DNA from: Vulcanimicrobiota bacterium
GTDB taxonomy: Bacteria > Vulcanimicrobiota > Vulcanimicrobiia > Vulcanimicrobiales > Vulcanimicrobiaceae
Reading direction: 5' to 3'
DNA: 64,000 nt
Assembly (NCBI GenBank): GCA_963754565.1
Contig: CAVWGL010000009.1
Span: 281,546 to 345,545 of the forward strand
The translations under genes were made by a program, and so were the position numbers. Of the stretch, positions 47,443 through 57,482 are shown in pieces; the stretch's first letter is position 1, and each line of letters begins with the position of its first letter. The notes under the pieces are model-generated. The model ran no database searches and was not told the origin of the DNA. It was given only the letters and a program-made list of their open reading frames with translations.

Positions 47443-50141
47443 TCATGCCAGGTGAGGGCGCTCCTTTTCGGAGCCGGGCGAACTCGAGGCCCCCGGCCCG
47501 CAAACCGGCTCAACACCACGGCGGCCGGCGATGTTGCTGTGCGTTAGCTCGGCCGCCCTGGTGGCCATTTCGTGAGCATCTCTTCTCTCGTTGGCCGTTC
47601 TTTCGTTGAACAGGCCGAGATCGCGGCGCATAGCGCAGGAAACGACAACCTCAGCCCATTGCCGGCGCCTGGCCAGCGCCAATGGTCGAGGGCCGGCCAG
47701 ATCCAGCATTTCGTGGTCCGGCCAGCTGGTCGCCAACTCGGTGAGGGCAGCTCGGCGGCGGGCAAACAGCCCGCTCGGCCCGAACGCGGGGAACCCTGGG
47801 CCTGGCACCGTGACCCACGCGGCGCCCGCCTGCGCTGACCGACCGCCGAGCTCGAGGGGATCGCCCAGGACGATCAACCGTTGAGCGCCCGGGTCGAGCG
47901 ACCTGAGGTACGGGACCGTCGTGGCGTAACCGTAGCCCAGCGAACGGGCGTGCTCGGGGCCGACATCGCCTCTCCAAGTCCCCGCCCGCCCATGCCACTC
48001 CACGGTTAGCGAACGGGCGCCGAGCGAGACCACAGACCCGAAGGTTGCGCTCGGAGCGCGGTCGATCACGACGAAGGGCCACCACGCGGTCGCCGACCGC
48101 ATACCGGCGCTCGCCCAACATGACCTCCCGCCTCGGCTCCGCCGTCAACTTTGCCGGCGCCGGGGGCATCCCCGAGGGCCGTAGAGGCGCCGGTCGAGCA
48201 CCGTTGTCGTGGGGCTGTAGCCACACAGAACGGGCGGCCAGGTTGAGGGCCTCGGCTTCGGCAGGCCCGAAAGCCACCAGAAGCGGCGGAGACGCTTCGG
48301 CCCGGGCCACTTGTGCCCAAGCTTCCGCGACATGCGCCCCGGCGTCGGTGCCGGTCAGCGACCCATGGACGGCGATGCCCGGCAAAGAGACGGCCGCGTT
48401 AGCCGTCCCAAACGTGCCCCGCCCCCACGTTGGGCCCGATGCAACGGCGGCGTTGTTAGCCAGGTCCTCGGCCAGGTGGTCCAAAGAGCGAGCCACGCTG
48501 GGGCCGTACCCAGGTACGGTACCGCCCAAGACCAGGACCACCTTGGTCCTGCTGGACGCGGCCCGGTCGAGGAGTGTCGCCAGGCTAACTGGGCTCAAGT
48601 GGTCGGCGGCGTCGACGACCAGCACGCGGCCCTCGGCTGACCCGCGCTGACGTTACCTGCCCGGCGCCACGGGCACCGGTGGCCTGCAGTGAAGTGAGAG
48701 ATCGCCAACGCCGAGCCGACAACTCCGACGGACAGGTCAGCTGCACGGTCACGCCTGCCGCTTGCCATGCCGCGCGAGCCGCGTCGATGCAGGCCGCTTG
48801 GGCTAACCACGGGCCTCGTGGCATGAGGACGACACCGTCGGGGCCGCAAGCGAGGCGGACCGCTTCAGAGACCACGTCTGAGGGGGTGCGTAGGTCTTCC
48901 AACTCGGCCCTAGCCAGCGCCGGCATCACCTCGGCCATGTGGGCGAAGCGGGCTTCTGTCGCCCGGTCGACCACTCGCCGGTCGAGCTGCGTGGCGAGGG
49001 CGGTCGTCCAGAGTTTTGATGCCCGGCGGCGGGGATGGCCGTCATTTGCCTCACCACCTGGTGCAGAGGCGGTTGGTTGCGGTGGAAGGGGACGGCTGGC
49101 GTCGCACCACCTCCGCGCCCAATCCGTGGCCTGACGCAGGTTGCATCCTGAGGGCATGGTTTCTGCCAACGCTACGAGGACGTCGGGCTCTGCAAACGCC
49201 GAACCGCGGGCGGCCAATGCCCCCGCCACCGCGGTCATCGCTGGAGGCGCAGAGGGCAGCGCCGGGTAACCCTTTGCGCGCTGTAATACTTCCACCGCCG
49301 AACCCGTTCCCCATCCCACCCCAGCGAGCTCAGCGGCGGGCGCCCGGCGCGTGCCCTGAGAGGCCTGTCGGCTCCTCACCTGAGCGGCCCGCTCTGTCGA
49401 TGTGGACGCAGACCCAAACGTACGGGACGCCGCATGTACCACCCGGGACCGCGAACTGGCGGCCAGGCGCGCCCGTGACGGGACGGAGACGATCTCGCCG
49501 AACCCGCCAGGCGAAATCTCCCAATTGAAACCAAGCCCGGCCTCAGTCAGTCGCGAGCGCAGTGCTAAATGGAAGCCGGCGCCAATGCCCTCGCGCCAGC
49601 GCCAGAGCTCTGCGCTGATAAGGCAGCCCCATTGGCCGCCCTCTTTGGCGCCCAGGTTGGCCAGGACGAGATGAGTGTGAAGGTGAGGATGGCCGGCATC
49701 GTTGGCCACGTGCTCGAAGCCGGCGGCCACTACTCCGTCGGCTGCCGCTCGGGCGCCTCCTACACGCACGCACGCCGCTCGTTCCTCGAGCGTGCAGACA
49801 GCGTCATAGACCGCCGATCGGTAGGCCTCGCGCAATTCCAGAGCTGCCGGGTGCGAGCCTGCCTCTGTCAGCAGGGAGACGGACTTTGGTGCGGCGAAGA
49901 TCAGGTCCCAGCCGTGACGCCGGCGCAGTCCGGGACGGGACGTGAGCGCCTGTGGGCTTGCCTCTGAGAAGGCACCCCCCGCCCGTGGCCGTTGACCGAG
50001 CAAGACCGAGCGCAGGTCGGCGGTATCGACCTCGCCGGAGAGGCCAAGGAGGACGGCGCCATGTCCCAACCATCGGGTGTGAACCGCCGAGCGACGCCAG
50101 TAGGCGGCACCGGCCGCTGAGGCGGGATTGAGCACCAACAT
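47443..50141 (-). pseudogene. TrwC/TraA (MobF) family relaxase with a degenerate C-terminal helicase-like region, 2 frame breaks
   Basis: The N-terminal 518-aa frame carries ...GWDLIFAAPKSVSLL... and the histidine triad region FEHVANDAGHPHLHTHLVLANL. It continues in 47651..48625 (...VLVVDAADHL...KVVLVLGG) and 47443..48102 (...GYGYATTVPYLRSL...). Confidence 0.7.
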
Positions 50142-50249
50142 GAGTTGAAACTATACAGGATCTATGAAACAATATGAAATATCTCCGGCCGTTCTGGCCT
50201 CCCGGACCTCGCTGGCTCGGGCCAGCCTCTCGGCGCCGGCCGCCTCCAT

Positions 50250-50304
50250 CGTCATCGACCTCTGTCGTCATCGACCTCTGTCGTCATCGACCTCTGTCGT
50301 CATC
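50250..50304. repeat. 16-bp tandem repeat CGTCATCGACCTCTGT x3.4
   Basis: Copies at 50250, 50266 and 50282, with a partial copy at 50298..50304. The array is immediately upstream of AAGGAG and the ATG at 50324. An AT-rich segment with ATGAAA x2 at 50164 and 50174 lies beside the relaxase start. Confidence 0.85.
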
Positions 50305-50323
50305 CAATAGGCAAGGAGCCACC

Positions 50324-50650
50324 ATGTACGCGGTCTTTCTGCTTGCTGCTTCAAGTACCAACAACAACAGCACGGGCCTGGACGTCAACCCCGCCGACGG
50401 TTCCGGCCTCCCGGGCGAAGGGACGCTCTCGGACCTAGCCAGCGGGTTGGGCCACTGGGCCTTGCTGGCTGCCATCGTCGGCGTGATCATTGGTGGCGTA
50501 CTGTGGGCATTCGGGCATTTCTCCCACAATTACCAACAGTCTTATAACGGCCGCAAAGGAGTAATCGTTTCCGGCGTGGCCGCATTGCTCATTGGTGCCT
50601 CGCAGGAGCTAATAAGTTTCTTCTTTAGCGCCGGGTTGAAGCTGCACTGA
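50324..50650 (+). CDS. small two-TM membrane protein, VirB2/TrbC-pilin-like (putative)
   Basis: AAGGAG is upstream of the ATG at 50324. A signal-like N-terminus is followed by ...LASGLGHWALLAAIVGVIIGGVLWAFG... and a second hydrophobic helix. The stop overlaps the next start (TGATG). Confidence 0.45.
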   Translation: MYAVFLLAASSTNNNSTGLDVNPADGSGLPGEGTLSDLASGLGHWALLAAIVGVIIGGVLWAFGHFSHNYQQSYNGRKGVIVSGVAALLIGASQELISFFFSAGLKLH

Positions 50651-51726
50651 TGTCATTGCTCAGCCTGCCTATTTCTATTGGCACTAACGCTCTCTTTTCA
50701 GCTCTGGTCCATTGGGGGGCGGACGGAGCACAATTAGCCGTCAGGGACGTGATAGGCAGCGCCATCATCGGCACCACCACGGTCGACCTCGGCCGCTCCA
50801 GCTGGCTGAGCTCCGTGACGAGGAACATGTTCGGTGTCGAAGAACTCATTATGGCTCCGCTGCTTTTTGCCGCCACTATCGGTGCCATCCTGCGCCAGGA
50901 TATGCGCCGGTTGGCCCGGTCATGGGGGGTTTACCTGCCAATTTCCATGCTGGCCGGGTACGCCGTGGTCGAGCTGACGAAAATAGGCCTGGACATAACT
51001 GATGCTGTCTCGTCCACGGTCCAGTACGAGGTTATGCCCAACCTGGGGGCCGTGTTGGTCAAAGCAATAAGCCTCGGTATTGTTGCCAGCGTCAACGACG
51101 GCATTCTCAGTGTCGTGCTGAGCCTGCTCATAATCGGGGGTTGTCTGGCCGTGTGGCTCGAATTAGCCGTGCGGGCCGCTGCTATCGAGGTCGCCGTCTT
51201 TTTCATGCCTCTGGCCCTTGCCGGCCTCGTGTGGCCAGCTACCGCCCACTGGGCTAAGCGGCTGATCGAGGTCCTGGTGGCGCTATTGCTCATGAAGCCG
51301 GTAATTGTCGGAGCCCTCTGCCTCGGCGCTGGGGCGGTCGTCGACGTCGGCGACCCGAGCACGGCGGTGACCGGTCTGGCCATTCTTTTGATAGCCGCCT
51401 TCGCGCCGTACGCCCTCCTCAAGCTCGTGCCCATGGTCGGTGTGTCGGCCATTGCCCATCTAGAAGGGCTGTCACGCCAGCCCCTCCGGGCCGCCGAGCA
51501 AACCGTGCAGCGCGCCCTCACATACTTCGCTCAAGCGGGTGCTGCTTCGAGCGTTGTGGCCGAAAGCGGGGGCTTACCCGCTGGCGCCGGGCAAATGATG
51601 GCCCAGCTGGGCACGGGGGGCGCCGGCGGGCTGGAAAATGATCGGCCCGTCGCCAACCCCTACGGCCCCGCGGGGGATCCGGCTCTGTTCAGGGCGACGA
51701 GAGAGAGGGACGCCGGTCATGAATGA
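50650..51726 (+). CDS. polytopic membrane protein, TrbL/VirB6-like (putative)
   Basis: 358 aa with about 6-7 hydrophobic segments and a Gly/Ala-rich C-terminal tail. It is translationally coupled on both sides. Confidence 0.5.
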   Translation: MSLLSLPISIGTNALFSALVHWGADGAQLAVRDVIGSAIIGTTTVDLGRSSWLSSVTRNMFGVEELIMAPLLFAATIGAILRQDMRRLARSWGVYLPISMLAGYAVVELTKIGLDITDAVSSTVQYEVMPNLGAVLVKAISLGIVASVNDGILSVVLSLLIIGGCLAVWLELAVRAAAIEVAVFFMPLALAGLVWPATAHWAKRLIEVLVALLLMKPVIVGALCLGAGAVVDVGDPSTAVTGLAILLIAAFAPYALLKLVPMVGVSAIAHLEGLSRQPLRAAEQTVQRALTYFAQAGAASSVVAESGGLPAGAGQMMAQLGTGGAGGLENDRPVANPYGPAGDPALFRATRERDAGHE

Positions 51727-53119
51727 ACAGTCGTCCTACCGCTTCGAGCCGTTGGAGCGGCGAGGCTTGTTGCTCGGTCTTGGCCTCGGGCAATTGGTCG
51801 TGCTCGGGGTGGCACTCGTCCTTGCCATTGGCCTGGCGAAAACCTGGTCCGGGGCGGGTGGTTTCCTGGCCGCCGCCGCTGTCTTCGTCGTGGGTGGGCT
51901 GCTTGTTCGTCCGCTATCGGGGCGGCCCCCGGCCCAGTGGATTTCAGTGGCGGTCTCGTTCGCTTCGCGGCGACGGAGGGTGGCCCAGCTCCCACCATCG
52001 ATAGCGCCAGGGCCTACTCTGCGCCTCCCGGCAAGGACTTTTGCGCCAGGTCTGTACCTGTGCGAGCTGCCCCCGATCAGCGGCCAAGCCGGCGTCGGCG
52101 TCCTCCTCGATGAAAGAGCGGGCACCGCAGCCGCGCTCTTGCGAGCCAGAGGCGGCCCCTTCTGTCTCCTCGACGAAAAAGACAAGGAGCACATGTTGGC
52201 CGCTTGGGCCGCGGTGCTCGAGTCAGTTTCCGCTCACCGCACCTCCTTGGCCCGACTGCAGTGGTGCCAGCGCGCGCTGCCAGCTGAAAGTGACGCACTT
52301 CTGGCCCACCTCCGCTCTGCGGGCGACCCGAGCAGCCCGGGCTTCGACGGCCACACCGCATTGCTGGAGCGGGCCGGGAAAAGGTCATGGCGTCACGAGA
52401 CTTTGCTGGTTGTCTCCGTTCGCTGCCGCGGCCGCCACGGTCATCGCGGCCCGACCAGTGAGGGAGCTGATGCCCTGCGCAACGAGGTGCGGGCTGTCCG
52501 GGCGCAAATGCGCAGCGCCGGCTTTATCTGCGACGGAGTCCTCGATGGCGCCGGCGCGGCCACAGCTATAGGGAATTTTCTGGTGGCGGGGCTCGGCCGC
52601 AACCCAGGCGCCTTCCCGTGGCCTCTGGTCGCCGAAGAGCATTGGTCAGAGGTCCACGCGGAAGGGTCCTGGCATCGGACGTTCTGGGTGGCCGAATGGC
52701 CTCGCAACCGCGTAGGCCCCGATTTTCTCAGCCCCTTATTGGTTGGTACGGCCAGGCGGTCATTCTCTGTGGTAATGGCGCCCGTGCCACCCGAACGGGC
52801 GGCTCGAGACGCCGAATCTTCCCGGACGGCTCAAGCCGCCGACGCGCAACTGAGGGCGCAGGGCGGGTTCCTGGAAACAGCGAGGCAGCGCAGGCAGTCT
52901 GAGGCGCTGGAGGGCAGGGAGACCGAGTTGGCCGATGGCCGGGGCTCGTTTGAGCTAGCCGGTTACATTACCGTTTCGGCCCCTGACAAAGCCGGCCTGG
53001 AGGAAGCCGCTGCGCAACTCGAAAGGGCGGCAGGGGCGGCCAAGCTGAGCCTCCGGCCCCTCTATGGACAACAGAAGGAAGCCCTTGTCTGGGCGCTGCC
53101 TTTTGGACGGGGCGTTTGA
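51719..53119 (+). CDS. membrane-anchored conjugation-associated protein (SCO6880/PrgI-like N-terminus, putative)
   Basis: The ATG at 51719 overlaps the upstream stop by 8 nt. YRFEPLERRGLLLGLGLGQLVVLGVALVLAIGL is followed by a second TM helix and then a ~380-aa soluble domain. The assignment comes from remembered family pattern only. Confidence 0.4.
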   Translation: MNEQSSYRFEPLERRGLLLGLGLGQLVVLGVALVLAIGLAKTWSGAGGFLAAAAVFVVGGLLVRPLSGRPPAQWISVAVSFASRRRRVAQLPPSIAPGPTLRLPARTFAPGLYLCELPPISGQAGVGVLLDERAGTAAALLRARGGPFCLLDEKDKEHMLAAWAAVLESVSAHRTSLARLQWCQRALPAESDALLAHLRSAGDPSSPGFDGHTALLERAGKRSWRHETLLVVSVRCRGRHGHRGPTSEGADALRNEVRAVRAQMRSAGFICDGVLDGAGAATAIGNFLVAGLGRNPGAFPWPLVAEEHWSEVHAEGSWHRTFWVAEWPRNRVGPDFLSPLLVGTARRSFSVVMAPVPPERAARDAESSRTAQAADAQLRAQGGFLETARQRRQSEALEGRETELADGRGSFELAGYITVSAPDKAGLEEAAAQLERAAGAAKLSLRPLYGQQKEALVWALPFGRGV

Positions 53120-53279
53120 CCAATCTCTTCGAGCCGTAGCTGAAAGGCGTGGCCCCCCCGGCGTCTTCTCTTCTCCTGGAACCGTTGCCGCACGGCCGGC
53201 GTTAACGGGTCGTTAGGGGCGATCACCGCTCCCGGATAATGGCCGTTACAGTTTTCTAACCAGAGCACGCAGGGGCGCA

Positions 53280-54313
53280 GTGATGAAAATGTTGGTACAA
53301 CGTAGGTTTGCCGTCCTGGTCTCGTTGGCTATTTGCGCCTTTTCATGGTCCGCCCTGGGGGCGCCGAGCGGAGCCGAGCCGCTGGCCGTCGCCCCCACTG
53401 CCGCCGCCACTGCCCATGGCGCACCAGCTCGATCGGAGCGAGCGCTCAATATTGGGGCCGCCGCCAGCGCCGGCTACGAGTGTGCCCCGTCCGCCAGCCT
53501 GGTGACGGCCAAACCAGGCGTGCAGGGGACGATCGCGGTCCATCTGGGCGGGTTCGTCGTGACCTACAGGGGGAAAGAAGCGCACCTGGCCACAGGATTG
53601 TTCGCCTACCCTGGCGCCGTCACCGTTACCGAGGCCACCAGGACCTGGCCTCTGCCGCAACCGGCCAATCCCAGGGACCAGTATTTCCAACTGGGGGCGC
53701 TCTGTGCCATCCAGTTCGTCGCACGTACCCCTCCCGACGTCCTGGCCGAGGGTTACTGGGGAGGGGCACACTGCTGCTATGGCCCTACCCTGTACCGGTA
53801 CTCGGGGGGTGCGTACCGCGTCCTGGAGGACCTGACCAAGCCTGGAGTGGGAAAAGGCTTGCACTGGAACCTAAATTCGGGTTTCGAGCCTAGAAGGTTT
53901 GGGGCGCGGTCGTCCTCGAGAGCTCCGACGGGGCGTTCCCGTACACCTTCGGTTGTTATGCATGCACGCCGGCGCCGACGCGACTGTTCGTGGCCGGGAG
54001 CACTGGCCTCGTAGACGTGACCGCCCGGTACCCGGCACTAATCCTGTCTGAGGCGTCGGCCGCTTGGGCCTCTGCCAACCAATCAATGCGCTCGAGCGCA
54101 GACGCCGGTCAGGTCGAGGGCCCTTTGGCCGAGTGGGCGGCGGACAAGTGCGAGCTAAATGAAGGCGCCCAGATGTGGCGCACGCTCGAGCAATTACAGG
54201 CAGGGGGAAAACTGGCCGCGGCCGAGCAACAGTCGTTCAACAACAAGGAACCTTTCCCGGCGCAGCTGAAGACGTTCCTGCTCGGGCACGGCTACTGTCA
54301 GAGCCAGTTGTAG
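53280..54313 (+). pseudogene. secreted hypothetical protein, one frameshift
   Basis: Signal peptide MMKMLVQRRFAVLVSLAICAFSWSALGAPS. After ...HWNLNSGFEP the text continues in another frame (VWGAVVLESSDGAFPYTFGCYACTPAPTRLFVAGSTGLVDVTARYP...), switching near 53885. Confidence 0.5.
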
Positions 54314-54781
54314 TCAGGCGGGCGATGGCGGTCCGCCTCGCTCGTCCATCGGAGCCGCTTCGCCGGTCGAACCGGCCCAGCCGGACCACCGCTGGACGTC
54401 GACCGCCAGCACGGCCCCCGAAGGGGGCCTCTCGACGTAGGGGAGGTAACGGCTGCGTAGCAGGGAGACCGCGTGCGCCCGCTCGTCAGATCCCTCTGCC
54501 ACCAGACGGGCAGTACCGTCGGCCCGGGCCCACCACAGCCGGTCCCAGTCATCGTCTTCGTAGTAGTCGACGAGCACTGCGACAACCGGGTTCTCGGCAA
54601 TATTCGCTAACCTCCGCAGCGCGGTTGTCCGCTTTGGCTTGTGGTCGACGGCGCTGTAGACGACGTCCCCGTCGACGGCGAACACGATCGGTACCAGATG
54701 CGGTCGGCCGCCGGCGTCTGCGGTTGCCAGACGGGCGACCCGGGCCGACGCGAAGCGCCGGCGGGCCTCAGCCGGCGTCAT
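54314..54781 (-). CDS. PPOX-class (pyridoxamine 5-prime-phosphate oxidase-like) probable F420-dependent enzyme
   Basis: MTPAEARRRFASARVARLATADAGGRPHLVPIVFAVDGDVVYSAVDHKPK...WWARADG. The start is set at ATG 54781; ATG 54829 is an alternative. Confidence 0.8.
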   Translation of the reverse strand: MTPAEARRRFASARVARLATADAGGRPHLVPIVFAVDGDVVYSAVDHKPKRTTALRRLANIAENPVVAVLVDYYEDDDWDRLWWARADGTARLVAEGSDERAHAVSLLRSRYLPYVERPPSGAVLAVDVQRWSGWAGSTGEAAPMDERGGPPSPA

Positions 54782-54854
54782 TCCCCCCGCCGTCCCTGCC
54801 TTCCCCGCTGTCCCTGCCAACCGGGCCATCCCCGTCCGGCCATAAGGCCGTTGG

Positions 54855-55856
54855 TCATGCCGAGGCCCCGACTCGCCCCACGCCGGCGAAATCAGGCCAT
54901 GCGAACGATGTGCGCATGGGGAGTTCCTCCACGACGGCACCCGTATAAGGGGCGTCGATCATCAGGCCCGCCCCCGCGTAGAGGGCAACGTGTTCGACCT
55001 CTCCCGTCCCGTGCGGGCCAGCGAAGAAGAGAAGGTCACCCGGCCGGGCCTGGCTAAGCGGGACGGGGATGGTAGCCCGCTTCTGGTCCGCCGCGTTGCG
55101 CGGGAGCATAATGCCGTAGCGGGCGAAGACCGAATAGACAAGGCCTGAGCAGTCGTAACCGAAACCGCTTGTCCCGCCCCAAAGATAGGCGAGCCCGATG
55201 AAAAGCCGCGCCTGGGCCACGATGGCGCTACCGGTTACGGTCCCCGAATGCACGGGGGCGGCGGCGTTTTCGGCGATGGCGCCCTCGCTCCCGCCGGGAA
55301 GGCCGACAAAGACATAACCATTGGCCACCGACAACTCGGGTAGCTCGGTGGCATAACTGAGGAGCAGCTGGCGATTTCCGACGATCCCGTCTTTCTCGGT
55401 GTACAGCCAAGCCGACGGCACCGAAATGATGACCGCCCGGCGCGCCTCCGGCGGCGGTACGGCGTTCAGCTGCGCGGTCGGCACCCAGCCGATGACGCCG
55501 TTCGGGAAGTGGTTGCCGGTTTGGCTCGGGATTTCCACCCGGCTCCATTTGCCGCTCTCAGACAAGACGACGACTTTGCGGCCGTACACCATCTGAGTAT
55601 CGATGCGGCCGTGCAAACCCAGCCGGCCGACGACGTTCATCGAGTCGAGCCATTTCCCGATGTGGGCGGGCTCCGCCAGCGCTGGCCCATCGAGTGGGCG
55701 AGGGCTAGTGGGGTGGATCCAAACAGTGGCCACGGAGACCTGGACCCAGGCCAGCGGTCCTTGGTCGGGCGCAGATGCCACCGCGGGGACAGTCCCGATG
55801 GCCATCAATAGGGGGGCGAGCGCCCCGGCCAGGACGAGTTTCAGGACGCGGATGAC
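54855..55856 (-). CDS. secreted NlpC/P60 (C40) peptidoglycan endopeptidase with SH3-like N-terminal domains
   Basis: The C-terminus ...LAYLWGGTSGFGYDCSGLVYSVFARYGIMLPRNAADQ...GDLLFF...HVALYAG is the canonical C40 catalytic region. A signal-like VIRVLKLVLAGALAPLLMAIGTVPAVASA is present. The true start codon is unresolved. Confidence 0.8.
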   Translation of the reverse strand, partial: VIRVLKLVLAGALAPLLMAIGTVPAVASAPDQGPLAWVQVSVATVWIHPTSPRPLDGPALAEPAHIGKWLDSMNVVGRLGLHGRIDTQMVYGRKVVVLSESGKWSRVEIPSQTGNHFPNGVIGWVPTAQLNAVPPPEARRAVIISVPSAWLYTEKDGIVGNRQLLLSYATELPELSVANGYVFVGLPGGSEGAIAENAAAPVHSGTVTGSAIVAQARLFIGLAYLWGGTSGFGYDCSGLVYSVFARYGIMLPRNAADQKRATIPVPLSQARPGDLLFFAGPHGTGEVEHVALYAGAGLMIDAPYTGAVVEELPMRTSFAWPDFAGVGRVGASA

Positions 55857-55932
55857 CCAAGTGTCGCGCGTCCGGTTCTCCCAATGGTGCCTTCGGTGGC
55901 GGCGGTCGCAGCGAGACGAGGAGTTGGCCCTC

Positions 55933-57092
55933 TCAGGGCTGCCAGCGGTAACACCGCAGCGGCTCGCCCAGCAACGCCTCGTCCACTTCGATGCCGAGCC
56001 CGGGGCCGGTGCCAACACTGCCCCAGCCGTCCTTCGAGCGTGGTTCGTGCCCGGCCAGGTGCTCGAGAGTCCAGTCGTTCATGAACGACGCCGCGTAAAA
56101 CGCCTCTGGAGAAGTACTGGCCGCCAGCTGGCTGACGGCGGCGGTCGTGAGGTCCCCGCCCCAGGTGTCTTCGATGGTCAGGCGCAGGCCAAGGACCTCA
56201 GCCAGCTCACGAATGGTGCGGGCCTCGGCCAGGCCCCCGACTCTGCTGATCTTCAAGTTGACGGCGTCCATCACGCCGGCCTGATGGCAACGCAGAAGGG
56301 AGGCGACGTCAGTGATGACCTCGTCCAGGACGAACGGCATCGACGTCCGCTCGCGCAGCACAACGCACTCCTCGATCGTCGGGCACGGTTGTTCCATCCG
56401 CACTCGAGGTAAGTCCTCGAGCATCCTCACCGCCAACGTGGCGTCCTGGAGCCGCCAGCCACCATTGGCGTCGGCGACGATCACGTCCTCGTCCCCTGTC
56501 GCCTCTACTACGGCTCGCACGCGAGCGACATCGTCACCCGGGGCCCCGCCGATCTTCAACTGGAAGCGGTGGATGCCGGACGCTCGCGCCCGGGCGGTGA
56601 ACTCGGCCATCTCCCGCGGAGGGCCGAAGGGACAGCGACATAGAGGGGGAAGCGTTCCTGGCGCAACCCCCCGAGGAGCACATGGCACGGGACGTCAATG
56701 ACCTTCCCGAGCAGGTCCCAGCAGGCCACCTCGAGCACACTTTTGGCATATCCGTGGCCGCGCAGGGCGAGCTCCATTGCGTCAGCGATCGCCGACAGGC
56801 TGGTCACGTCGACACCGAGCACTGCCGGCCCGATCTCCTCCAGAGCGGCGATCACGCCGCCGGCAAAACCGGGGAGGTAAGTAGGGCCTAGCGGGCACAC
56901 CTCGGCGTACCCGGTGACACCGCTTCTGGTCGTCGCGCTCACGACGACGCTGGTCAGAGTGGAGATCTCCCGGCCCTGGGACATGACGTAGGTGCCATGC
57001 GCGTAAGTCAGGTGGTAGGAGTGCACCCGTACCTCGGCGATCCGGCTGCCTTCGTCGCTCTCTATCACGGATCCCCTCCTGGTCCAGCTCAC
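55933..57092 (-). pseudogene. mandelate racemase/muconate-lactonizing (enolase superfamily) enzyme, one frameshift
   Basis: The N-terminal capping domain (56556..57092: ...AKSVLEVACWDLLGKVIDVPCHVLLGG) is in one frame. The barrel domain (55933..56688: ...FQLKIGG...VADANGGW...MEQPC...DE...) is in another, switching near 56640. Confidence 0.75.
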
Positions 57093-57316
57093 CGACCCGT
57101 TGTCGACGGGCCACTCAAAGACACGCTTTGCGGAACTTGTCTAATCATTACATAACTCGTGAGGCAACGTCCCGTCCACTGAGCTCCATCGGTCGACGGG
57201 GCCGGCGGCGGCGACGGTGCGCCGTACTAAGATTCCTGTGGTCATTCCACAACTATCCGACAGAGCCGGACCTTACCGGCTGACCGTCTTGCTGTGGCAT
57301 CAGCCGTAATCGACTG

Positions 57317-57346
57317 TTGACAATGTACTGACTTGACTGATAACTT
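57317..57346 (+). promoter_or_regulatory. sigma-70-like promoter candidate
   Basis: TTGACA at 57317..57322, then a 17-18 nt spacer, then ATAACT/TAACTT. It lies in an AT-richer region ~35 nt upstream of the 57378 uORF. Confidence 0.3.
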
Positions 57347-57377
57347 ACTCGTGATTGTTCGGACGAAGGGGGGACCC

Positions 57378-57482
57378 ATGAGATCTCACGTGCGGGGGGA
57401 GGCTTCAGTAACGTCTCTCCAAGCGTGGTCCGGGGTCGGAAACTGCCCGCCGAGGTCGAAGACGCCGTCCTCTAGCCGATGA
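57378..57482 (+). CDS. 34-codon upstream ORF overlapping the sulfatase start (ATGA)
   Basis: GAAGGGGGG precedes the ATG at 57378. The peptide is MRSHVRGEASVTSLQAWSGVGNCPPRSKTPSSSR. Its TGA at 57480..57482 overlaps the sulfatase ATG at 57479..57481. Confidence 0.25.
   Translation: MRSHVRGEASVTSLQAWSGVGNCPPRSKTPSSSR

Larger units (their letters stand above)
47443..53119. mobile_element. partial conjugative-element module: MobF-type relaxase divergent from three T4SS-like membrane genes
   Basis: Based on the gene content below. No VirB4-like ATPase, coupling protein, integrase or attachment sites were recognised in the window, so the extent is unknown. Confidence 0.45.
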
